DNA of 64,000 bases, taken from the NCBI GenBank assembly GCA_963789955.1, contig CAWBMV010000020.1, positions 32,001 through 96,000 on the forward strand, given 5' to 3'. This DNA is from an uncultured Candidatus Rokubacteria bacterium (lineage in GTDB: Bacteria; Methylomirabilota; Methylomirabilia; Rokubacteriales; CSP1-6). The position numbers were made by a program, and so were the translations under genes. The notes under the pieces are model-generated. The model was not told where the DNA came from. It made no database searches and saw nothing but the letters and a program-made list of their open reading frames with translations. Position 1 is the stretch's first letter, and every line of letters begins with the position of its first letter. Below, piece after piece: positions 28,158 through 38,063 of the stretch.

Positions 28158-28423
28158 TGGCAGGCAAGCAAGAGCTATACGCGATCTACAACCAACAACT
28201 TGACCTACTACTCTTGTCTCTCGACAAGCGGAAGCCGCTCGACGCCAGGATTGGCAGCGCAGCAAATACCCTGAATCTCGCGCTGCGAGAAGTTCGACGA
28301 GAAGTACCGTCCGCAGTGGCCGCCGGCATGTCCGACCTGTCGGAAGACAGCACCGTGACTGAACTCATCAGTCATGCCGCCACGCTGAAAGCTATCCTGT
28401 ACACGTATCTGTATGGGGGCTAG
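28157..28423 (+). CDS. Hypothetical helical protein
   Basis: Start overlaps X stop; 8 nt upstream of next gene; lower GC. Confidence 0.5.
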   Translation: MAGKQELYAIYNQQLDLLLLSLDKRKPLDARIGSAANTLNLALREVRREVPSAVAAGMSDLSEDSTVTELISHAATLKAILYTYLYGG

Positions 28424-28431
28424 AAACGACG

Positions 28432-29151
28432 ATGCCGGACGAACAGAACGAGATTCGATCTGAGATCTCCGATCTCCTCGACGCGATGCGACCCATCGCG
28501 CTGAGGCATCCCGACACACCGATTCGGCAAGCGTCGGATGTGTTCGAAAGCCTTCTCAAGCGCGCGAAGCGAGCGTTCCCGGAATCACGCGCGGTCGCCG
28601 ACATGACCAGCGGATTACTCGGAGGCGCTAGCCACACTTCGCTCGTGGCGAAACTCGTTGCCCTCAAGGCAGCAACGGGAGGTGGCATGGCCGTCGAAGT
28701 TCCGGCCATGAAGGTGACGCGCGAGGGTATCTTCTTCGCAGGGCAGTACTTTGATGCCTACCAGCGCATCACAGAGATCCTCGACGAGGCGGAATCGAGC
28801 GTGGTGCTTATCGACGGCTACGTCAGCCCAAAGATCCTTGATCTCTTGTCGGGCAAAGACGCTTCAGTCGCCTGTACGGTTCTGACGAAACAGGTCTCAG
28901 CTACTCCGGTTCTTCGCGTAGCCGTAGGGGCTTTCAACGGGCAGTACGGCGGCTTGGAAGTTCGAATCACCGAGGCATTCCACGATCGCTTCATCGTCAT
29001 CGACGACAAAGAGTTCTACCACTTTGGCGCGTCACTGAAAGATGCTGGCCACCGTGGCTTCATGTTCTCTCGGATAGAGGAGAACGCCGTTATCGGCCCG
29101 CTCAGGACGGCAATCCAGGCTGAGGTGGCTAGGGCACCGCGATTCAGTTAG
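28432..29151 (+). CDS. Protein with C-terminal PLD-like nuclease domain
   Basis: IFFAGQYFDAY..LIDGY..FHDRFIVIDDKEFYHFGASLKDAG. Confidence 0.65.
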   Translation: MPDEQNEIRSEISDLLDAMRPIALRHPDTPIRQASDVFESLLKRAKRAFPESRAVADMTSGLLGGASHTSLVAKLVALKAATGGGMAVEVPAMKVTREGIFFAGQYFDAYQRITEILDEAESSVVLIDGYVSPKILDLLSGKDASVACTVLTKQVSATPVLRVAVGAFNGQYGGLEVRITEAFHDRFIVIDDKEFYHFGASLKDAGHRGFMFSRIEENAVIGPLRTAIQAEVARAPRFS

Positions 29152-29241
29152 ACTCCGGACCGCCATTCACGCGCGCGCGGGCCATCGAACCCGCGCCACC
29201 TACCTCGCGGCTACGATCCCGAGGCCTGTAAAATAACGACG

Positions 29242-29552
29242 GTGATCCGCCAGTACACTCCGATGGCCCCGACGCTCGTCCGCGCGCCCTTCCACCGCCC
29301 CGGCTGGATCTACGAGGAGAAGGTCGACGGGTACCGCATGCTGGCCTACAAGGACGGCGCCCGCGTCCGCCTGGTGAGCCGCAACGGCGTCGACCACACC
29401 CGCCGCTACCCGGACGTCGTGGCCGCATTCGCGCAGCTCAAGCCCTCGACGCTGGTCCTCGACGGCGAGCTCGCGGTGTTCGACGACCAGCTCCGGTCCC
29501 GGTTCGAGTGGCTTCGCGACCCGGACGAGTCCGTGGTCGCCACGCCGCCGCT
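29242..29552 (+). pseudogene. ATP-dependent DNA ligase (LigD-type adenylation domain), N-terminal part
   Basis: WIYEEKVDGYR (KxDG), LVSRNG, LVLDGE; ends at ATPP before later motifs. Confidence 0.85.
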
Positions 29553-29595
29553 GGCGGCGGACGATCAGCGTGGCGCCGTCGCGCGGGGCAGCGCG

Positions 29596-30138
29596 ATGAC
29601 GGAGGACCGGGCGGAGCACTGGGAACATCTCGCGCGTTCGCCAGTCGCATGGCTCATCAGCGCGGACAACATGAGGAGCTGCGCCGAACTCATCGGCCGG
29701 TGCTTCGTGGCCGATCTGATGTCTCCTCCAGCAGGGAAGATGACCAAGGATGTGGAGCCCATCTCCTTTGGCCCCATCTTCCAGATGCTCGCGGGATACA
29801 CGGTTGAAGCGCTCCTCAAGGGCATAATCGTTGCCCGGCAGCCCGGGTTTGTTGCCGGACGGCGGCGGCTGCCGAACTGGTTTACAACGCACAACCTTGA
29901 AGGTCTTCTGAGTCGAGCGGGAGTCCAACTTGACGACGCCGATCAGGCCTTCGTCCGGCGACTGGCCGTCAATGTCGTCTGGTCAGGTCGATACCCGGTG
30001 TCGACGAGCGCGGACGACATGGAACGCCATAAGTTCAGCTCTTCCGCCGATCTTGCTCGGTTCCGCCGCCTGTACGAGGAGCTAGTGCGCGTGCTCCAGA
30101 GGGAGATGCGGGCAGAAGGTCGTCCCGCCACACCATAA
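29596..30138 (+). CDS. HEPN-like domain protein, in frame with the ligase fragment
   Basis: GYTVEALLKG..THNLEGL..WSGRYP pattern. Confidence 0.55.
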   Translation: MTEDRAEHWEHLARSPVAWLISADNMRSCAELIGRCFVADLMSPPAGKMTKDVEPISFGPIFQMLAGYTVEALLKGIIVARQPGFVAGRRRLPNWFTTHNLEGLLSRAGVQLDDADQAFVRRLAVNVVWSGRYPVSTSADDMERHKFSSSADLARFRRLYEELVRVLQREMRAEGRPATP

Positions 30139-30329
30139 CGGTAAGTTGAACACCGACGCCCGTCTCCGGCATCCCTGCCTCCGCACCAACCGCGTCCTGC
30201 GCGAAATCCTGCGCGAGCGATGGAGCGTGGAGGCGTGGCCGCAGGTTAAGGCCCAGTTCGTGAAGGCACTCGCGCTCAGGAGCGAGATCCGCCGCGCCGG
30301 GTGGTTCAACTAGCGATTAACGTCTTGAG

Positions 30330-30574
30330 GGGAGGCTGGACAACCACGACCTCAATGGACTACGGCTCAGGACGACCCGCGAACGGGACGCCACGCGAAG
30401 CCCTACCGCAATGCGCGGCAACTCCTCCATCGAAGACGAGCCGGGCTACTGCCAGCTAACTGCGTGGCTCGTCCAGCCCGGGCAGAGTCTAGCTCTCTTC
30501 GGGGTCATTCGCCAGCGGGCCTGGGCGACGGACTGGACGGCCACGCTCCTGCGGGGCATCGCCCACGTGGCAGG
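30330..30574 (+). repeat. Element T copy 2
   Basis: Homolog of 21306-21551. Confidence 0.8.
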
Positions 30575-30854
30575 AGAGGCCGGTGTAGGAAGAGCCTCAT
30601 CAGATCCCCCCATTTCCGGAATGGCTCAGATTGTAATAGGAACTTTGGGTCCTAGATAGTGCTGGCGCGAGTCCGGGCGTTCGGCTAGACTCCCGAACGG
30701 TTCCGCGCCATGGCGGCTTGGTGCCATCGGGGCGGCCGCAGATCTGCAGCGGCTCAAATCACGAGCGGGGGCGGAGGTGAGGACAGAAGCGACAGCAGAT
30801 GGGGGAGGGATGCAACGGGGAGTAAGAACCCAATTCAACACGAAGGAGCCGCGT

Positions 30855-31454
30855 ATGTTCGGCAAAACAGGCCTAGGTGTCTTCATTCTTGCCGGAGTGC
30901 TCTTAGCGATTCCAGCCGCGCAGGTTATGGCCAGCGCAGGTCCCCAGGTGCAAGGGGTGTGGGCGTGCACTGTCGTCAGAGCCGGGACAATAGAACGGCC
31001 CATCATTTACACTTTCAACAGTGACGGAACCTTCAACTACTCCTCGGCCACAACGATCAACAGCACGACGCCTGGTCCGGTGCATAATTCCGGGTTCCAC
31101 AGCAGAGGTGGCGGACGTGGCGAGTGGACCAGGGTCAGTAACAACGTGTTTAACTATAAGGCTGTAGAGCTCATGTACGACGCGAATGGCAATGCCGCGG
31201 GCAGCTTCTCTGTCGACGCGACCATAGGGCTGACTTCCGCTGGTCAGCTCTGCAGCGGAAGAGCCGAATGTCCCGACCAAACGACCGCGATCAGCCTCGT
31301 CAAATATGTATTCGACCAAAACGATCCCGACGCAGACATCGTCGGCGTGAATTTCCTGTTGCCGCCGGGCACCCCGGCGAATACTCTGTGCAATCGCCTG
31401 AGCAGCGGTGCGGGTTTCCCGGGCCTGCCGACGATCCCCACGCCCGCGCCTTGA
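30855..31454 (+). CDS. Secreted hypothetical beta-barrel protein
   Basis: RBS AAGGAG, signal peptide, QGVWAC..YTFNSDGT..GRGEW. Confidence 0.7.
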   Translation: MFGKTGLGVFILAGVLLAIPAAQVMASAGPQVQGVWACTVVRAGTIERPIIYTFNSDGTFNYSSATTINSTTPGPVHNSGFHSRGGGRGEWTRVSNNVFNYKAVELMYDANGNAAGSFSVDATIGLTSAGQLCSGRAECPDQTTAISLVKYVFDQNDPDADIVGVNFLLPPGTPANTLCNRLSSGAGFPGLPTIPTPAP

Positions 31455-32163
31455 TCGCGGTGCGGTCGGTCTCAGGAGTCCGGCAGGGACTCCCGCCTCA
31501 CGCGTAGCGTCGCAGCCGCCACTCGGAGCCGGTGCTCCCGCTTCAGAGCCACTGCGCCATCCCGGTGCAGCCACGGGGGCGCCGACTCCGAAGCTGTGGC
31601 ATGGCTCCCGGGGCGAAGCTCCGGGTCCTGAGTCCAGAGGAAAACAAGGTGTGAGCTTGGCCTGCCGGATCGCGGGCGGGATCGTACTCGGCTATCTAGC
31701 GATCAATGCGCTCGGCTACATCACCACAATCCCGCGGTGGTTCGCCAAGCTGAGGTGTGATGGGGCGGGCGGATTCTTTCTTGTGGCGGAGTCGAAGCGC
31801 GTCCCCGGTTGACGGCTACGTCACCGTGACCGTGGATAAGCACGGCCGCTTGGTGGACCCGAATGGGCGGATCATTCCGTAGATTGCCGATCCCGCGGGA
31901 GATCGTCCTAGCCGTACCGCTTTTCGCCGGGCTGCTGCGCGACCGCTAGGCAGCCTTCGACGCCATGACCGCGCTACGCCACCCGGTACTTGAAGTCCTG
32001 CCAGTCGGTATGAGTGAATGCTCCCTGCGTCGGGCGCGGCGGATCGCGGTCGCCTCAAGGTAGGGCGTAGGCCAGATGAACCAGGCGAATCCGAGCGCCA
32101 GAGCCACGAGCACGGTCTTGGCGAAATGCTGGCGGCCGAGGTCTTCGATCAGGTCGAAGGGGT

Positions 32164-32317
32164 TCACGACCGCGTCTTCCCCTTCCCCCATCGCGCCCGC
32201 GCCGCCTTGCGCGCGATCTCACGGCGCTGCTCGGCGGTCAGCTTCTTCGCTCGCGCCTTGCCGCCGAGACGCGCAAGCTGAGCAGCGTACCGGGCAAGTG
32301 AGTCGCGCTTAAGCCAT
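32164..32317 (-). CDS. Small basic GGKARAKKLTAEQRREIARKAARARW protein (1-nt frameshift after MA)
   Basis: Manual translation; a motif I associate with mobile elements. Confidence 0.6.
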
Positions 32318-32491
32318 GCGCCGAGAATAAGCGAAAGGTCCCTGCCGGTCGAGCCCGCTGCGCGCTGACCGCCGGCCCTGCGCGAGGTGACCAGGAGCGC
32401 GTCGCCGTTCCGCGGGCCGAGGCGTGACGCCGATCTGCTGGGCTGTTCGGGCTGCCCTCAGCGATCATGGAAGATCAGGAGGGTTGAAAGA

Positions 32492-32722
32492 ATGGCATTC
32501 GAGATTAGCTGCCCAACCTGTACATCGCTTCGCACCGAGCGCACGATTGCGGGCGCGATGAAGCTCGCCCTCGCCCACGCGCCGCAGCATTCGCCGGTGT
32601 ACATAGCCGGCGACGGGGCCAGGTTCACCATCCGCCACGACGGCAAGCCGGCCATCGAGGTGCGGTTCGACGATGCTCTGCCCGACCTGCACCACCTGGC
32701 GCGACCGTGGGACGAATCCTGA
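32492..32722 (+). CDS. Small C2H2-like protein MAFEISCP.., copy 2
   Basis: Two amino-acid differences from 15183-15413. Confidence 0.7.
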   Translation: MAFEISCPTCTSLRTERTIAGAMKLALAHAPQHSPVYIAGDGARFTIRHDGKPAIEVRFDDALPDLHHLARPWDES

Positions 32723-32824
32723 GCCGGTGCCGCCGCCAACGCGCACGTCCAGTCGGCCTCGGCCACGATGCGGTCGGGGACCAGACGGAGCTGTTTCTGG
32801 AAGCGATCCTCGCTCGTGATGCCG

Positions 32825-33178
32825 TTAGCGCGCGAGCTCGGTTGCCGCGTAGGTGAATACGCGGAGAAACTCGCGGAGCGAGTAGGCCAGTTGAATCGCG
32901 CCGTCGGCCACGCGCCGACTGCACCAGTTGCGCGGCCACCACGGCGTCTCGCCCAGCCAGGCGCTCGCCGGGCACAACGCACCCGGGTTATGGCCGAACA
33001 CCTCGTAGCCGGCGGCCGCGAGCGCGCACGTCGCCTCGGCCTCCAGTAGTAGCGCAGCGACGCGGTCGGGGCACACGCGAAGGTCGACCACCTCGCCCTG
33101 GCCATGCCACCAGGAATAGAACTCGTTGGGCGCGACGGGCAGCGCGTTGCGCGCGGCGTTGCGGTCGTGCTGTTTCAT
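32825..33178 (-). CDS. Hypothetical protein
   Basis: MKQHDRNAARNALP.. 117-aa ORF with GC-typical codons. Confidence 0.4.
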   Translation of the reverse strand: MKQHDRNAARNALPVAPNEFYSWWHGQGEVVDLRVCPDRVAALLLEAEATCALAAAGYEVFGHNPGALCPASAWLGETPWWPRNWCSRRVADGAIQLAYSLREFLRVFTYAATELAR

Positions 33179-33357
33179 CGGCTTCGGGAAGCGGTCGGCG
33201 CGGGTGATGCCGGCATACGGCGCGCTCGATGGCGGCTGCGACGGCCGACTACCTACGCGAGCGAACTGAAATGGCGTCGCTGGGTGCACTCCTGTTGTAC
33301 GAGAAGCTCTCCGGCTGCGACGTCGGTCTGATGAAGTGACGCTCGCCGCCGGGTCGG

Positions 33358-33521
33358 TCAGCGGCCCAAGTCGAGTCGCTTGGCGCTCCGCAGCAGGGTC
33401 TCGGCGTGCTCCCGAGACAGCGGGGCAATTTGAGGTCCTCCGATGCGCCCGGCGCGTGCCGGCCGCCCTGCGCGCCGATCTTGGCCAGGTAGGAGCGCAC
33501 TTCGGCCGGGACTTTCGACAT
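33358..33521 (-). CDS. Small basic protein MSKVPAEVRSYLAKIGAQGG/RARAGR.. (frameshifted), divergent from the integrase
   Basis: YLAKIGxxGGxAR motif related to 32164-32317. Confidence 0.45.
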
Positions 33522-33686
33522 CCATTAGTTCGAGCGGAGGATAACTCAGCTCGACACGCTGCAGCCGACTCAACGCGGCGTCGCTCGCCGTCCGCGCAAC
33601 AGGCGCAATCCTTCTTGCATAATCGGCGGCACTCCTCGCACTGGGCGAGGCCGGCAGTGAACATCTAACGACGGAGGGAATAGCCA

Positions 33687-34838
33687 ATGGCGCAGGTCAA
33701 CCAGCGGCTGTGGAAGATCCCCGGCCAGCGCACCAAGCGCAAGGCCTGGGGCTTCACGGCCCAGATCAACGGGAAGCAGGTCCGCCGGTACAAGGCCGAG
33801 TGGACCCAGGACGACGCCGAGGCCGAGCTGGCCAAGGCGCTGCTGCAGATCGAGCCCGAGAAACCGAAGGGCCGCCGGCATCACGCTGGCGCAGGCGGCT
33901 GACCGCTACCTGGCCAGCAAGGCGCGGAAGCGCACGATCGAGGCGGATCGGCGCCAGCTCGACCTGCTGAAGGCCGAGTTCGGCGCCGAGACGCCGCTAG
34001 CCGAGATCACGGCCAGCCGGATCAGCGAGTACAAGGCCAAGCGGCTGGCCGCCGTGCGGAAGATCGGTGAGGGCCAGGCTGCAGTCGAGCGGCGGCTGAC
34101 CGCGGCTGCGGTGAATCGCCCGCTGGCGCTGCTCCGGCACCTGCTCCGGCTGGCTCACGAGGAGTGGGGGGAACTGGACGTCGTGCCCGAAGATCCGCAC
34201 TCGAGAAGGAGCCTCAAGGACGGCTGCGCTGGCTAACGCAGGAAGAGGCCACCAAGCTGCTCTCCGTCTGCAAGAAAAGCCGGAATGCCGCACTGGCCGA
34301 TCTCGTCGAGTTCGCTCTGTTCACTGGCGTCCGGCGGGGCGAGGCCCTTGGTCTCACCTGGGACCGGGTCGATCGCGCTCGCGGCGTCATTCGCCTGGAG
34401 CTGACCAAGAGCGGCCGGCGCCGCGAGGTGCCACTCAGCTCAAATGCCGACGCCGTCCTGGCTCGGCGCTGGACGCCCGAGGCTAAAGGCTACGTCTTCG
34501 GGAGCCGGAACTGGAACTCGTTCCGTAGCGCTTGGGAGTCGGCCCTGGTCGTGGCGGGTATCGAGGACCTTCGGTTCCATGACCTGCGCCACACATTCGC
34601 TTCCTGGCTCGTGCAGCGCGGGCGCACCCTGAGGGAGGTGCAGGAGGCGCTGGGCCACCAGACGATCACCATGACGATGCGCTACAGTCACCTCGCGCCG
34701 GATCACCTGCGCGCGGCTGTGGCCGTGCTCGACGATGTGCTTCCTCCACTGCAGCTCGCCGAGTCCACCGAGGTTTCAGCGCAAGCTTCAGCGCAAGAAC
34801 TCGTTCCCGCCGGTGAGGTGTCTCAGAAGTTCTCGTAG
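33687..34838 (+). CDS. Tyrosine integrase (frameshifts near 33870 and 34195)
   Basis: RBS GGAGG; N-terminal arm-binding-like domain; catalytic R (TGVRRGE), K (LTKSG), HxxR (FHDLRHT), H (LGH), Y (TMRY). Confidence 0.92.
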
Positions 34839-34842
34839 TTCT

Positions 34843-34918
34843 TGGTGAGCCGTGTGGGACTCGAACCCACGACCCCCTGATTAAAAGTCAGGTGCTCTAC
34901 CGTCTGAGCTAACGGCTC
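34843..34918 (-). tRNA. tRNA-Lys(TTT), encoded CCA
   Basis: GAGCCGTTAGCTCAGACGGTAGAGCACCTGACTTTTAATCAGGGGGTCGTGGGTTCGAGTCCCACACGGCTCACCA, 76-nt cloverleaf. Confidence 0.97.
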
Positions 34919-34960
34919 ATCGAGTACGTACGAAGTGCTAGGCGCCGATTCTACCGCTTT

Positions 34961-35662
34961 GTGCCAGTCCCTGGGCCATCACCGATCGCCGCGGGCGCGA
35001 CACCAGAAGGCTGCACGCGGGCATCCGGGCACGTGATCGACGCGCCCGGGAAATGTTGGCAAGAGTTCCTCAAGCCCGGGGGACGTCCTGGGGCTCGTCC
35101 TTCCCTGAGTATGCAGACGTGCCGGCGCGCCATCACCGTCAACGGCACCGCTGGCAGTCCGATCACGATTCGTGCGGCCGACGGCGAGACGCCGATCGTC
35201 ACGCGGCCGCAACCTGCCGACTTCAACTACGACCAGAACAACCTCGAGATCATCCACTCGTCCTTTCTGGTCATCCGAGGCCTGCACTTCAAGGGCGGCG
35301 ACGGCGGAGTGAGCCTCGTCGGAGGCCACCACATCACCTTCGAGGCCAACGAGGTCTACGAGACCGGTAACAACGCGCGCTTCGTTACCGGCGGCAGCGG
35401 ACTCGCGGCGTTCACCAACCCGTCACAGCTCGACTTCTGGCCTCCGCCGACTTCGATCCTGATCGGCAGGGCCGACGCCTCGTTCGCGGCGGCTCTTGAT
35501 TTCAACGAGAGAGTGCCGCATGAGCCCGTTCGACGTCGGCGCATACGAGACCGACGGGCTCGCCACGAACCCGGGGTGGAAAGTCGGCCCGGGCTTCAAG
35601 CAGCGTGGCCCGGCCGACTTCGGTACCGCCCCTGGCGCCCATCCAATCTTCGACTGCAGTAA
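34961..35662 (+). pseudogene. Internally deleted parallel beta-helix (lyase-like) gene
   Basis: NGTAGSPITIRAADGE..LVIRGLHF..HHITFEANEV joined to C-terminal LDF.P..DVGAYE. Confidence 0.6.
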
Positions 35663-35927
35663 CGCGGGCCGCCCTCGCCGCGTCCTCCGGTCGGGTGGTC
35701 AAGTTGGGTGGTCAGTGGGTTGAGCCAGTGAAGCGCCGGTGCCGAGCCCAGGACCCCGCCTGACGGGTCCAGTCGTACGGTGCGCGGCCGCATGTGATCG
35801 CGAATCGCGGCCGTGAATCGCATTTTCGGTAAGTTGTACATGGCGCGAGAGTGTAGCTTCTACACTTCCAGCGCTCATCGATCGAGATCGGGCCTCGGCG
35901 AGCGCGCACCTGCCGCTATTTATCTGC

Positions 35928-35943
35928 GGGCACACGGCTTGCA
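35928..35943 (+). promoter_or_regulatory. Sigma54 -24/-12 promoter upstream of arc
   Basis: GGGCACACGGCTTGCA, near-consensus GGCAC-N5-TTGCA, 89 nt before ATG. Confidence 0.6.
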
Positions 35944-36032
35944 CCCTCGCAGAATCTCAAGGGCACAGCGTTGAACCGACGCACAGAGAGGGCGGGCGAG
36001 GCCATCGGCCCGACGCCCGGAGGTCGCGGACG

Positions 36033-37731
36033 ATGAGATCGAAAGAAGTGTTCTTCGGTACGGACACTGACAGATTCGAGACATCGAAGGGAATCGCGGA
36101 CACGTCGAAGAGCTCGCGTACTTTCGATGCCGATCTGCGTGACGTCGATCGCCGGCTCGCTCAGGCGCACAATCAGAACGAGATCCTGGTCACGGCCCTG
36201 CACGAGGCTCGCGAGCAGATCGCGGCGCTCAAGGAGGAGGTCGACAAGCTCTGTGCTCCGCCCTCGACGTACGGCGTGTATCTCGCCGCCAACGAGGACA
36301 GCACCGTCACCATCCTCTCCCAGGGCCGCAAGGTGAAGGTCAACCTGCATCCCTCGCTCAAGCCCGAGATGCTCAAGCCCGGTCAGGAGCTCATCCTCAA
36401 CGAAGGCCTCAACGTCATCGAAGCCGCCGGCTACGAGATCCAGGGCGAGGTCGTCATCCTCAAGGAACAGCTCGACGCCGAGCGCGCGCTGGTCACGCTC
36501 CGCGCCGACGAAGAAAAGGTCGGCATCATCGCCGAGCCTCTGCGCACCCAGCGCCTCAAGACCGGCGATCATCTCCTGCTCGACGCCAAGAGCGGCTACC
36601 TGCTGGAGAAGCTTCCGAAGAGCGAAGTCGAAGACCTCACGCTCGAGGAAGTGCCCGACATCGGTTACGAAGACATCGGCGGTCTCGGCGATCAGATCGA
36701 GGCCATCAAGGACGCCGTCGAGCTGCCGTACCTCTACGGCGACTACTACAAGGAGCACAAGCTCACGCCCCCCAAGGGCGTGCTCCTCTATGGTCCTCCC
36801 GGCTGCGGCAAGACCATGATCGCCAAAGCCGTCGCCAACAATCTCGCCGAGAAGATCTCCGAGAAGCGCGGCGAGAAGATCAAGGGCTTCTTCCTCAACA
36901 TCAAGGGCCCCGAGCTCCTCAACAAGTACGTCGGCGAGACCGAGCGCAAGATCCGCGAGATCTTCGTCAAGGCCAAGGAAAAGGCCGCCGAGGATGTCCC
37001 CGTCATCGTCTTCTTCGACGAGATGGACGCCCTCTTCCGCACCCGCGGCACCGGCATCTCCTCCGACGTCGAGACCACCATCGTGCCCCAGCTCCTGGCC
37101 GAGATCGACGGCGTCGAAGGGCTCAAGAACGTCATCGTCATCGGCGCCTCCAATCGCCAGGACCTCATCGATCCGGCCATCCTGCGCCCCGGCCGGCTCG
37201 ACGTGAAGATCAAGATCGAGCGCCCCGATCGCGGCGCCGGCCGCCGAGATCTTCGCCAAGTACCTCACCGACCGATATCCCGTTCGCCGAGTCCGAGACT
37301 CGCGGCCGCGACGTCCGCCAGCGCCATCACCGTCGATGATCGCCGCCACCGTCGAGTCGATGTACGCCCTCAGCGAGGAGAACCGCTTCCTGGAAGTCAT
37401 CTACGCCAACGGCGACAAAGAGGTCCTCTACTTCAAGGACTTCTCCTCCGGCGCGATGATCGAGTCGGTCGTGCGCCGGGCCAAGAAGCTCGCGCTCAAG
37501 CGTTACATCGGGCGCGGCGAGAAGGGCATCATGGCCGACGACCTCCTGACGGCCGTCCGCGAAGAGTTCAAGGAGAACGAGGATCTTCCGAACACCACCA
37601 ACCCCGACGACTGGGCGAAGATCGCCGGTAAGAAGGGCGAGCGGATCGTCTCGGTGAAGCCGCTGACCAGCGAGCCGTCGAGCCAGAAGCGAAGCGTCGA
37701 GCAGATCGTGACGACGGGCCAGTACCTGTAG
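36033..37731 (+). CDS. arc: Proteasome-associated AAA+ ATPase ARC/Mpa (frameshifted at ~37240-37335)
   Basis: Coiled coil..PP, OB domains, [42 protein letters not shown]-terminal GQYL. Confidence 0.93.
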
Positions 37732-37757
37732 AGTCGCGACCGAGGGGAGTCGCGGCC

Positions 37758-37791
37758 GCGCCCTACGTCCGGGATCTCGGGCGTAGGGCGC
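37758..37791. terminator. Hairpin between convergent genes
   Basis: GCGCCCTACGTCCG...CGGGCGTAGGGCGC. Confidence 0.55.
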
Positions 37792-38059
37792 CTGCTTCCG
37801 ATGACGGCACCCCGACGACCGCGTACCCCCGCGAGCGCAGCTGACGCTGGATCTCGAGCTGCGCGCGCCGGTCGGCGCCGCGTTGCTCATCCCCCACTCG
37901 GCTCCGACCCGCACGACGCGGCCCGCGCCGCTCCCCGCGGCGCCGGTCGAGAACGATCTGCACCGTGTCGTCGCCGCGGAAGGTCCGCCGCAGCGATTCA
38001 TAGAAATCCGGCCGCTTGCTCCCGACGATGAAGAGGAGCCGCCGGATCGCCTCGGCCAT
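37763..38059 (-). CDS. Small hypothetical protein with DRRxxERR motifs
   Basis: LFIVGSKRPDFYESL..VQIVLDRRRGERR..ADRR; follows purA by 4 nt. Confidence 0.7.
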   Translation of the reverse strand: MAEAIRRLLFIVGSKRPDFYESLRRTFRGDDTVQIVLDRRRGERRGPRRAGRSRVGDEQRGADRRAQLEIQRQLRSRGYAVVGVPSSEAGALRPRSRT

Positions 38060-38063
38060 ATGC

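Larger units (their letters stand above)
16154..34887. mobile_element. Genomic island B with tyrosine integrase, integrated in tRNA-Lys
   Basis: att cores at both ends; integrase abuts the intact tRNA. Confidence 0.9.

Noticed and set aside
2133..30310. Integron or diversity-generating retroelement
   Set aside because: No attC-like palindromes between cargo genes, no reverse transcriptase, no adenine-specific variation noticed; the integrase is tRNA-targeting
35365..35390. CCGGTAAC/GTTACCGG inverted repeat at the deletion point of the beta-helix remnant
   Set aside because: Only 8 bp and seen once; chance cannot be excluded
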